A stretch of DNA of 64,000 bases from Camelus ferus (Eukaryota), in contig NC_045699.1 in assembly GCF_009834535.1 (NCBI RefSeq), positions 10,540,001 through 10,604,000 on the forward strand, in the 5' to 3' direction. A program made the position numbers and the translations under genes. Position 1 is the stretch's first letter, and each line of letters starts with the position of its first letter. Shown piece after piece: positions 36,490 through 47,806 of the stretch. The notes beneath the pieces are model-generated. The model saw nothing but the letters and a program-made list of their open reading frames with translations. It searched no databases and was not told the origin of the DNA.

Positions 36490-36526
36490 GTAAGATTATC
36501 TGTGATTCCGTCCCCATCCTAATCCC

Positions 36527-36532
36527 AATAAA
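36527..36532 (+). terminator. AQP7: AQP7 polyadenylation signal AATAAA
   Basis: First AATAAA after the stop codon (38 nt downstream), followed by GT-rich sequence. Confidence 0.8.
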
Positions 36533-39500
36533 GAAAGCCTTGTCCCACAGTGGCACCCCCGCTTTCTGGGTGCCTCCTGTGGTTGGGCTTCCCTCCCGAA
36601 TTCCTCCAGGAGCACCAGGGTTACGCGGCAGCCCAAGGCTGGAGCATAGAGCTGAGAGGCCTCCGGCTCCTTCCAGCCCTGGGAGCTGAAGCGCCCCCAG
36701 TGGGGGAAAGCCCAAGGTCTGACCTGCGGTCTCCACAGGAATAGGAGATCATAGGATGCTGGACACTGAACGGTGGACTTTCAGGCACAGGGGAGCGAGG
36801 GGATGATTTGAGGGAAAGGACACCAGCTCGCTGGTGGGGGTCAGCTCTGGGGATACCTTGAGCCGCCCTGAGATAGGACTCCAGATCCTCCCTCAGTTCT
36901 GACCAGTCCTTGGACCAGGAAAGGCAAAGCTCAAGTGTGTAGATCAGAGTTTCTCAACCTTTTTTTCATTACTGCTCCCTTACGGAGCCTTTTATATAGT
37001 TTTTCTTAATCACATGGTATTTTAATACCACAGATATACTGTATATCTGTGTATGTACTGTACATATATTTTTGCTTTATACAAAAAAAGTAAGGTTTTT
37101 AAAATCTCTCCCTTCCAAAAATCCATTTCTCTCCCTTGGAGGCAAAATCACCCCCACGCTGGAAAATGCCTGATGTAGACTGAAAGGAGGTAAGAGGTTG
37201 GCCTCCTCTTCCTTCTTCCTGGGGCCAGAGCTCTCCCACAGTAAGGAATTCCGAGTTAGAAAATCCTTCCAAAAACTGTAGGGACAGGAAATGGCCCCAT
37301 GAGGCTCAGAGGGACAGATGCAGAGGATGGGTGGAGATGGGGCAGCCAGAGTCCACCAACTCCAGGGCCAGGTGGGAATCATCCTGCTTTCTGGGACTCA
37401 GAAGGCAGCATCACCCATGGTTCCTGTCACTGCTTGTGTATTTAGCCTTTCAACAATCATTGAGCACATCCTGTGTGCAGGCCCTGCCAAGACATTGGAG
37501 ATGCCATAGTGGACAAGGCCAGGTCTCTGCTTTTGAGGAACGCAGCTTGATGGGGACAGGTGATCACGAGGAAGGAGCTAAGTGGTGGAGAGGGGGCTGC
37601 CTGTGGGGCTCATGGGTTATTCACAGCCCAGCCTTGGGGCTGAGGCTATGGATGGCTTCCTGGAGGAGGAGACAAAGCAGAATGGGGAGTGGGGGGTTTC
37701 CTTTTTGCTGGTTCTGCAACTTACAGTTTGAGGAGACAGAGGGCAGAGGAGGCGGGGACATGGTGAGATGAGATTTAGGAATGCGCACCTGAGCTGCAGT
37801 GTTCAGGATGCCGGAAAAGAGGGAAGACTGGGGCCTGCACGGGAGTGTGATGGGAGGCTTCTCTAGGAGAAGCAGCAGGCCAGCTAACAGGTCAGTGCCA
37901 GGTGGGCAGAGAGGAGAGAAGGGATTCGCCTATTACCAAGGAGGTAAAACTCGCAGGACCTGGGTTCGGACTGGATGAAGGAGTAGGTGGGGGCGCGGCA
38001 GGGGTCAGGGCTGACTTCCAGTTTCTGGCTTGGCCCTGAGGTGCTGGACATGTTACCAGTGAGTGTGGAGTGTGGGAGATAAACTGTTTTGAAGAGGAAA
38101 ATGATAAGTTATACTGTGGACATGTTGAGTTTGAGTTGCCTATGGGATTTGAGTAAGAGGTGTGTAGTCTTGGGCAAGTAACTCAATTTCTCTGGGCCTC
38201 GGTTTTCTCATTTGTAAAATGGGTCTAATAATATTATCTACCATTTATGTTGCTGTTAATATTCAGTGAAATAAAACATGTACAATGCTAGTACTTGGTG
38301 CAGAGTAAGTGCTCAATAAACCATCATGCCTTTTATACGTCCTGGCACTCAGAAGAGAGTTGAAGCAGGGATTGGGGAAGTTGTGGTTGTTGTTGATACA
38401 GTTGAGGCCGAGGAGTGCTGAAAGGGGGGTCAGTGAGCAGGGTCCTGGGAGCACAGCCAAGAGGCAGCTGTGAGGTGGAGTGGTCTGGCTGACGAGGGAC
38501 ACAAGGTGGGTGGTCAGGGGACACTGGGAACACCTCAAATGTCCATCAACAGGGGAATAGATACTTACACTGCAGTCCAGTCACATATAGCAGAAAATGA
38601 CACATCAGTGAAAACTAAGGCACAACAGCCACCTGCAACAAAATGGAAAAGCAGTGCAGTGTGACACCAGTTACACCACTGAGAAACAAGCAAAAAGGGA
38701 TATATTCCTTGGGTGCATTTATGTGATAAAACCACTTTAAAAAACAAAAAGAAGAGACAGTTCCTTCAGGGAGACAGGGATGGCGGATAAGACGGGGAGG
38801 AGCACAGGGGTGGTCGTGCAAGCTATTAATAATTTTCTAGTTCTAGAGTTGGGTAAATTTGTGGATTTGTTATATCCTTGTGCTTTTAACATATAACTGA
38901 TACATATGCATTTGTAGGTATCATGTATTTTAAAGGATGAAGAAGGAATAGCAAGAACAGGTGGTAGGAAGAGTGACAGGTGTGGTGGGGCCTGCTGAGA
39001 TCACAGGGTTGGGGCTGCAGGGAGGAAGGAGAGACTTGAGTGTGTCTGACATCCCATAGTGGGAGGCTCTGAGGCAGGGAACCAAGCCTGGGAGTAGCTA
39101 TGGAAGGGCCCACAGCTGGAAGGCCAGCCATCTGCCTCCCCTTGTGACCCTGGACAAGTCTCTTCACCTCTTTCAGCCTCAATGGCCCTGTGGACACAAG
39201 GAATATGGCCTTTCTTGTTCCTGGTCTTCCAGAGCAGTATGATCCTAAGGCCTCAGTCACAGGTGGGAGAGGCATACACAGGCCCCAGGATTCTGGTTCC
39301 TACCCTCTTCTGCCCCTCACTGACCACTTCAGCCTTCTGGCATCCTCATGTCCCTGGGAGGTGGCTTCAGAGGCAGGACATCCAGAACCCCTGCCTGCTG
39401 TCCACTGCTTTGCCACAGACCTGCACTAGGCCCATTGCCCATAACATCCTGCAGATTCTGATTCCAATGTCAGGCTCAGATGAGTCCTGACTGGGTCACA

Positions 39501-42299
39501 GAGCCTTCAGCCCTTTCGTTCTCTTGGCAGACTTCGGTTGAAAGCCTACAAACGTGCAAGACAGCATTCTAGCACTGAGGATACAGGCACAAATAAGATT
39601 AAAAGAAGTCCTTGTTCTCATGGAGTTGATGTTCTCTGCAAAACATGTGTGCTCGAGATACATGCTAAGGAGAAAAGCAGGAAAGCAGGATAGGAAGTGT
39701 GTGAGGATGTGAAGACTGGAGGCCTGAGATGGTGACTAAGCAAAGACCTGAAGGAGGTGAGGGAGTGAGCCATGTGGATACGTGGGGGAAGAGCATGCCA
39801 GGCTGGGGAAATAGCCAGGAAAAGGCCCTGAGGTTTGGGCATGGAAGGACCATTGCTGGAATGGAAAGAGTTGGGAAGAGCGGAAGAAGATGAGGTCAGA
39901 GAAATGAGGAGAGCAGGGTGAGCTGAGGCCAGGCCTGGGAAGAAGTGAGGCCAAGGCTTGGGGCAGAGGTGGGGGAGGTCTCTGGAGGAGAGAGGCAGGT
40001 CCCACTGCAGGAAGGAAGGAAGCAGGCAGTATGAGGTGAGGCCAGCATTATGGCGCCTTAAGGGAGCCTGCTCTTGGCTTTGCTCACACAGTTCCTTCTG
40101 TAACCACTCCCTTGCTGAACTCAGGAGGCATATTTGTGCAGCTCTGGGAGCCAGGCCGGGATGTGAGCTCTGGCTCCTCTCCCATTCTCCTGGTCCCAGG
40201 ACAGCATGTACTGGCTATGGACCTGGACAGGACCCTTCCCTTTCCTGGGCCTCAGTTTCCCTATCTGTCCAATGAGGCTTGGATCTGTTGGTGTTTCCGG
40301 AGCCTCCCAATGCTGACTTCTTCCAGCACTTCAAAGCCTCATGTCATGACTTCACAACTGCCCCCTGCCCCAATGCCAACTTAGGCTATTTGAGATGGGG
40401 ACAGAAATGACTCCCAGCCTTAGGCCAAGCCCCTCCAGGGTTTTGCAGATGAAGGCTGGGCCTCAGCCTGGTAGTCCTGGCTCTGCGAAGAGCCCTTTAT
40501 TCCCTGTCTGGCCTGCTGTTCACCCACTTCCACTCCCACTCAGGGCCTCGAGGGACAGACACCCATAGACAGCACCTTGGTCTGGCTGGTCTCACCATCT
40601 CCTCCCTCAGATGCAGTCCTGTAGCACCCGAAGAGGTGGGAGTAGCCATCTCCGGCTGGACCTTTCTACTCAAAGGAAAGCTGTGGCCACTCAGAGTCTC
40701 ACAGCCTGACATTGGCCTGCACCCACCCCTGTACTGAATCCAGAGTGGGAATGGGGGGACCTTGCCTCCCGTGTGCTGCAGGGCACCTACTCACTCTATG
40801 GCACCTAAGAGCAGAATGAGGCCAGCCCGCCTGGATCCAAATACCCGCTCTGCCACTCACTAGCTGTATGACCAGGTAGGACAGGATTGTAATAGCTCCC
40901 ACCTCCCAGGGCTGCTGGGACAATGAAATGAGCTATGCCTGGCACGTGGGGAGGCTGTGTGCTGTTACCACTCTGCCTCCTCTCGTGGTCATGTCACCAT
41001 GCCCATCTGACACCTAAGGAATCTGAGGCCCTGGGAAGTTGGCTCAGTAAGGGGTAGAAAGTAGGGATTCCAATCCTTTGTTGACATGATCTCTGCTGGT
41101 TTTCGCTTGGTCTTTAAATTGTGAAACATAGTCTTTCAACATGTGTATAAAACATACAGGTACAGTTAAAATAACAGTAAAACACTCAAAAAACAGAATC
41201 AAAAAGCCCTTGAATAAACAAAAGCTCCAAACATTCAAGTGCCCTCTACCAAGCTCTGATGGGTTATTGACCCTCTCTGTGCCTCAGCTTCCTCACCTAC
41301 AAAATGCGGGTCACCTGGCCAAGGAGTGAGGCACTTCCTGCTTCAGTTTTCCCATTAGCATTCCAGTATGATGGAGCAAGGCAGGGTAGAGCTTGCCAGA
41401 GTTCACTGTCTGCCCTTGTGCCTGTGTTCAGGAGCAAAGGTGGTGGTAGGGGAAGGTGCTGGAGGGTGTGAGCACAGCCTTCTGGAGGGGATGCTCTGGG
41501 TCCAGTGTGGGGCCTGAGTGAGTGGGTGCTGGAGGCTCAGAGGCTGAAAGAGGAGACATAGTTCAGAGCCAGGTACATCCAGGAACAGATGAGGCTATAA
41601 ATCTAAGGCTGAGCCTTTAAGTCCTCCAGGGACTTAACCAAAGCCTTACTGGCCTATAAAAAGGATTCCTCAGATGGGGGTTCCAACAGGCTCCTGCAAC
41701 AGCCCTGCCAGGGCCAGCAAGAATGTGTTCCTGCCCTTACTGCCTTCCCACATTCCTCCACCTATGCCCTGGCCTCTGGCCCCAGATCTGGGGACATTAG
41801 AGAGAAGATGAACTCCTAAGGGAGGCCCAGTGCCAGGTTAGGGGAGACTTGATAGAGGGAGATTGATGGAGACACCAGGAAATAGTCTGGAGGTTGGATG
41901 TGCTGAATTAGAGGTACTCGTGGGATACCCAGGGAAAGACAGGAGCTAGAGAAAGACCTTTTAAGCGCAGGGTGGCACTTAAAGCTTTGCAGATGGACGA
42001 GGTGGCCCAGAGAGAGATGATGGTGCCGTGGGGAGCATTCATGTTTTAAAGATGGCTAAAGGGAGTAAGGCAGCAAAGGCCTATGATGTATCCTGGCCCC
42101 AGGAGCCTGAATACTCTGGGGTCTTAACTGACTTGTGACTTGGGGCCAGTCCCTTCCCTTGGTGGGCAGTTCAGACCAGTGAGGACAAGTGAGGGCAATG
42201 TGGAAAAAAAGCCCCAGAGATCCTCACCTCACGGGACTTCCCTATAGCCCTGGGTCCTACAGCTTCAGCACCCAGCTCGGCTCTGGCAATTATTGATTC

Positions 42300-43010
42300 C
42301 TGCCCTGCCCTCAGATCCCTGCCCTCTAGAAGACAGAGTGCCGAAGGCAAAATCCTTGGATCTCTTCTCTTTCATTCTCCCTTCCAAAATGATTTCACCA
42401 GTCTTTAAATACCATTATATGTCAACAGCTCCCCAAATTAGATTTCTAGCTCAATCCTGCCTCCAGACTTCAGACTGCCATGGACAACCGCCCACTGGAC
42501 AGATTTTCATCCCGCAAACCTACTCCTCCCACACTTTCCTATCCCAGTAAATGGTAAATTCAATCTTCCCATTGCTCAGGCCAAAAATTTTGAAGTCATC
42601 TCTGCTCCCTTCTCTCACACCCCACATCCCAGCTGTCAGCAAATCTGCAATTTGTATCTAGAATCAAAACACTTCTCAGCATCCCAGGTTTGAACCACTG
42701 TCGCCTCAGTCTTGGACTACAGCAGTGGTCTTTCAGCGTCTCCCTTGCTCTGACTCAGCCCTACAGTCTAGTCTCAATACAGCAGTTGGGGTGATCCTTT
42801 CCCAAAACGAGCCAGATCTTGTCATTCACTCCTCTGCCCTAAGCCTTCCAATGGCCTCAATGCCCCTGCCACTCTCTCCTCTATTCACTTCCCTATGGCC
42901 TGATGGCTTTGCTGTTCCTTCAAGCTGCATGGCATGTTTCCACCAATGAGCCTTTGCCATGGCTGTTCCCTCTGCCTGGGATGACCTTCCTTCAGATATC
43001 TGCGTGGCTT
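42300..43010 (+). mobile_element. L2 fragment
   Basis: TCAATCTTCCCATTGCTCAGGCCAAAAATTTTGAAGTCATC and following L2 ORF2/3' segments. Confidence 0.7.
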
Positions 43011-43384
43011 ATGTTTTTCCTCCTGTGCTTCTACTCGGTTTGTCAACAAGCAGAAAAGAGTACATATAAAAAAAAGAAATGGAAAGGTGATGACTTAAAC
43101 GATCAGTTATAAGTGCTTCTATAAAGTTTTAAATAATGCTTTCCTGAGGCAAAGTGCAAGCACTTGTCCCACCCCATCCCCAGGCTCCTGATTTGGGGAT
43201 ACACACTGCCCTCTCATGGCTACTGTAGGAAAAGGCCTCATCTTCTGGGGTATTCTCTACTTTGGGACATGGTGTAAACTTCCCTCCCACTTGTCCTGAC
43301 CTGCTGGGCCACAGAGTCCCAGGGACTCCAGGATGAGCTGTGTGAGCCGCCACTGCTTTGCCGTGGAGTGGAGAGGACACAGTT

Positions 43385-43590
43385 TTGGAGTCAGACCTAG
43401 CAGGAATTTCAGATCCCCAATTCACTGAGTGATCTTAGGGAAGTGACCTAACTTCTCCAATCTCCAGCTTCCCCATGGGTAAAATGGGGATAACAGGAAT
43501 AATAAGGATGCATATTTACAGGTGTTGAGGAGTAAAACAGATGAGCTTAGTGTATCAAAAGTGCTCAAAAGCTGTTATCTACTATTAGAA
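43385..43590 (-). mobile_element. MIR
   Basis: Reverse core GTGATCTTAGGGAAGTGACCTAACTTCTC...GTAAAATGGGGATAACAG. Confidence 0.7.
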
Positions 43591-45267
43591 GAGATTCTTG
43601 GCAAAGTGTGGGAAGATGAAGACTTCTGATTCCCTCACCCATGTGGCAGATTTGGGGTAGGCGGGGGTGGAGGTGGTATAAGGGGGGATGTGATTGGAAG
43701 CCCCAGCTCTTGCCAGAGCAGCCTCACAACTGCTCTGTTCCTTTTCTCCCTATGCCCTGAGACAGTCCTGGGACAGGTTTAGAGGCCTGACCATGGTGAG
43801 ATGCCACATGACACTGGGAGACCTTCACAACCTCAGACCCTGTCTACCCTTCCAAAGGCTTGGGGCAGCACACAGGCAGTAACTATTACCCACCTGATGG
43901 GTGGGGAAACCAATGCCCAGACACTTGAAGCAAACTGCCCAGGGTCTCAAGTGAGTTGAGGCAGCCAATCGGTTATCCCAGCAGTTTAGCTGGGTTCTCT
44001 GCAGCCAGGTCTCCCAAGAGGCTGTGTGCAAGAAGCTTGGGGCTGGGGGCAGCCTGAGCCACTGAGGACTCCAGGGGAATTCTGTTTGGGGAAGACAGCT
44101 CCCCTTTTCCTGAGATCTCAGCCCCCTCCTGGCCTAGGGTGGCTCTAGTTTGGGAAACCTGAGGCCTGGATTCCAGTCCTGGCCTGGCACACATTGTGAC
44201 ACCCCTTGGAGATTTGTCCCTTCTGGCTAGGCCTTTCCAGACTGGAGTTGGTCTGGCCCTGGGATTGAGAGCTCTAAAAGGCCAAGGGGGATGGTATGGA
44301 CACAAGTGCTGAGGCCATGTGGGGAGTTTGGGAGGCAGAACTTTCCTGAAGGGTGAGGCAGGGTGTGTGAGGGGACTGACGAGGAAGGTGGTCTGTGAAG
44401 GTGAAGCAGTTCTGGCCAGGCCTGGCCTCCTCCACAACTTTGGAAGAGGAGGCACACTGGCAGGTTTTCCTGAGAATAAGGTCTCTAGGATTTTAGTCAT
44501 GAAGCAAGGCTGGCACCTGGGGGGAAGGACTCCTCCAAACCTAAACCTCAGGACCACTGTTTGATCCTCTGCACCTCCCCCACAAAACCGACATTCCATG
44601 TTCCCTCCTCCTGGCCTGTTCCCCAGCCAGTCCAGGCCCTGTCCAGGACAGGATCCAGAGCAGCTTCACGCAGACCCTGCAGTCAGGAGGGCTGCTTTCA
44701 TCTCCATCCTGCACACCTCCCCCTGCACGCCAGGCTGGCACCACTGTTGAGAGAAACCAGCCCTGCCAGATGAGCAAGAGGGAATTCCAGAATTAAGACC
44801 TTAGTCTCTGGAAAGCTCTGGCTCCATGAAGAAACTCCTGTAGAAGCAGACAGTGGGGCTGGAGTAGGAAGATATCACCTGCTTCTCAGGGAGCAAACGT
44901 GGGGTCCTGGTGCCCACAGGCTCCCCCTATGTATGGGCTGGAGGGGTCTTTCCCCTTAGTCTACGCTGAATATAATTTAGTCAGACCTATAAAATTTTGT
45001 CTAAGGCCTCTGCTTAATGGAGAACCCACCAAACCCATGAGCAACAGCTTCCATTTGCTGAGGGGGTCTGAGGTGCCCTGGGTGATCTGGGCAGGGGCTA
45101 GCTCCCTGCTGAACCCTGGCAGCCCACTGGAGCTCCTGAACCTCTTCCCTCTTCGCAGCACCAACTCCCACCACCCTCTCCTCACTTGGATCACTCTGGC
45201 ATCTCTTGGTTGGGTTTCCTGCCTCAAAGTTTGCCCTCCAACCCCTGCCTGCGTGACTGCTCTAGAA

Positions 45268-45591
45268 CAGGGTGGGCAAACTGAGGTCCAGGCCAAATCC
45301 AGCCTGTTGCCTGTTTTTGTGTAACTCATGAGCTAAGAATGTTTTCTTTTCAGTTTTAAATGGTTGGGATGGTTGGGGGAAAAAAAGGATTTTTGTGACA
45401 TGTTAAAATTCCATGAATTTCTGACTTAATGTCTATGAAATGTTATTACAACAGTCATGCTCATTCGTTTGTGTACTGTCTGGGGCTGCTTTCACACTAC
45501 AATGGCAGAGTTGGGCAGCTGCAACAGAAACTCTAAGGCTCTCAAAGCCTAAAATATCTGGCCCTTTACAGAAAACCTTTGCCAATTCCTG
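45268..45591. mobile_element. MER58-like hAT-Charlie MITE
   Basis: CAGGGTGGGCAAACT...TTTGCCAATTCCTG TIRs, with degenerate 8-bp TSD CTCTAGAA/CCCTAGAT. Confidence 0.8.
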
Positions 45592-46182
45592 CCCTAGATT
45601 GTAAATCCAGCTGTGCTGCTCTCTACGGAGGATCCTTCACTGGCTCCCTGTGGCTCTCCACAAACTGACCCGCCTAACCTCTCCAGCTTCATCACCTGCC
45701 CCTCCAATAGTCTGTCCACTCTGGACAAATAACCCTTCCTCAAACCTACCACAAACCACAGCCCTGGGCTCGTCTCGTGCGTTTTTTCACTTGGCATGCC
45801 TCTCTCCTTCTGAAAATGGCCATCTACTATCTCAAGACTCAGCTTAAATGCTTCCTTCTGTTTTCCTTTCCCATCTGGGGTCCTTCCCCCAAGCATGAGA
45901 GCTAAGCCGTTCCTAGCATGCCACAAAAAAACTCCTTGTATGGCTCTTCAAATTTTAATAAACAGACTAATGACCTATTTATGCCAGAGCAAATAATTTC
46001 ATTGTATTTGTTCAGGTATGTGTCCCCCACTGGCACGCTAACTGTAAAAGAACAGGCCACATCTGCTTCCCACAGCCCTAGCACAGGCTGGTATGAGGAG
46101 GTATGCAAGCACTCACCAGAAGTGGCCTGCCTAACATTCTAACTTTTCACTTGGCTGATATTATGGAAAGAGAAGATGCTTC

Positions 46183-46188
46183 TTTATT
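46183..46188 (-). terminator. NFX1: candidate NFX1 poly(A) signal
   Basis: First canonical AATAAA I found on - after the stop, about 1.55 kb downstream. A non-canonical proximal site is possible. Confidence 0.3.
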
Positions 46189-47733
46189 TTCGATACTATA
46201 AACTTTCAGCACCTATAACAGATCAGGCATCTCCATGCCTGTTACCTCCCTTAATCCTCACAACCCTGGTGAGGTAGGTGATATCTACACCCCACCAAAC
46301 GGCAAGTTGTTATGTGGCAGAGCTGGAATCTGAAATCAGGTCTCCTGCCTTCTGCTGATTCTGAGATGCTCTCAATGTACAGTTCACCCACTGAACCCAC
46401 TGCTTGTAAGAGGAACAGCTGTTCAGGAGCTTCCTGCCGGGTGTGGGGCCACTGCTAACAGGCTCAGGCAAAGGTGGTCTTGTGGTACTCCATCTCTCCC
46501 CTCCACTCGCCTGTCCCCTTTCAAGGCAGATCATGTGGATCAGGACCAAAGGGCAGCCCTGCTCTTCCTATGAAAATTAAGTGCCAGTTTGTGACGTCAC
46601 TTCTCAGTTCTCCTCCTGTTACTCTGGGCCTTGTGGCCTGTTCTGGAGCAGAAGGAAGTTGATGGAAGTTTGGCCTCCATGCTGGAGAGGCGCCAATGCA
46701 AAAGGGCCAAACTAACGTAACTTCTGATGTACCTGCCTTTAAAGGAGCCTGAAGAATGCCTCCAGTGGGTTGCTGGCATAAGCCCTGGACTGTCCACATA
46801 GTTCTCTGAATATTCAAACAGAGGTCCAGAGCTCAGAGACAGGGAACACCAATACGGCTGCTGCAAGCCTGGGAGAAAGCAACACAGGAAAGGTAAGTGT
46901 CCCTAAGATTCTTTCTCAACCAGAGGAGTTAGGGCTGCACTGGTCAGTACACAGAGGCCACAGTGCGAATCTGGTAGGAGGGCCTTGCTCTGTGTCTTCT
47001 ACCATCATGTTGGAGAGCTAACATGTCTGTCACCAGATAGGCTCAGTGATGCGATATGAGATGCAACTCCCTGGACTCCAGAAGATGGAATTCTTTAGAT
47101 CCTCCTGACCCCTCTTCTAGGTCTGGAACTGATGGTGCTGAGAACTATTAAAATAAGTTCAGCTAGGCAGACCTATGAGAGTTTTTGGCAAAAGACTCAG
47201 ATAAGACAGCTGGGTTTAACATGACATGTATGAATCCAGATGTGGGGTACTAATTCAATGTCTGGTATTTTGGACTGCGAGGTTCGCCTGGGTCTTTCTG
47301 AAGATTGTGATCACTTTGGATTAAGGAAGAAATGTGTCTGATGCTGCAAGCATTTTCAGGAGGATGGATAACTGGGACAACTGAGACCATGACTAAGTGA
47401 CACTATCAAGCTAAAATTCTCGTTTTGTCTAAATCAAGCTCAGTGTTGCCCCAACCCTCGAAGCAACCATGGCAGTGGTGTGAGGAGCCTCTGCAAATAA
47501 TGACTGAATCACTAGTGACCGTCCAGTCAGAGATCTGGCCATACTAAACACTTTATATAGACGAAGAGAGGACAAAGGGATTTCTGACACACTCATGCTC
47601 TGGATGTATCAGTACAAGACAGTATGTGAGCTGTGATTCCACAAGGCAATTGGGAAAAAGCATGATTTCTCTGCTGGCAAACGAGTCTCCACCACACCTA
47701 GTCATTCTTTTTTCTAAGTGCATCTTGATCTTC

Positions 47734-47806
47734 TCAGTCCTGGACATCAAAGTAGTCAATTACTGGCTCCTTGGCTATTTTCTGTAAATTACTGCTCCCA
47801 GGATTC
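47734..47806 (-). CDS. NFX1: NFX1 terminal coding exon ([23 protein letters not shown])
   Basis: TTTCAG| acceptor; TGA at 47736-47734. Confidence 0.95.

Noticed and set aside
43973-44599. Longest ORF in the track (208 aa, - strand)
   Set aside because: Pro/Arg/Ser-rich composition typical of random GC-rich ORFs, with no domain or splice structure, and partly over MIR-like sequence.
46890-46898. Perfect plus-strand donor AAG|GTAAGT antisense to the NFX1 3' UTR
   Set aside because: About one such 9-mer is expected by chance in a window this size, and nothing else supports an antisense transcript.
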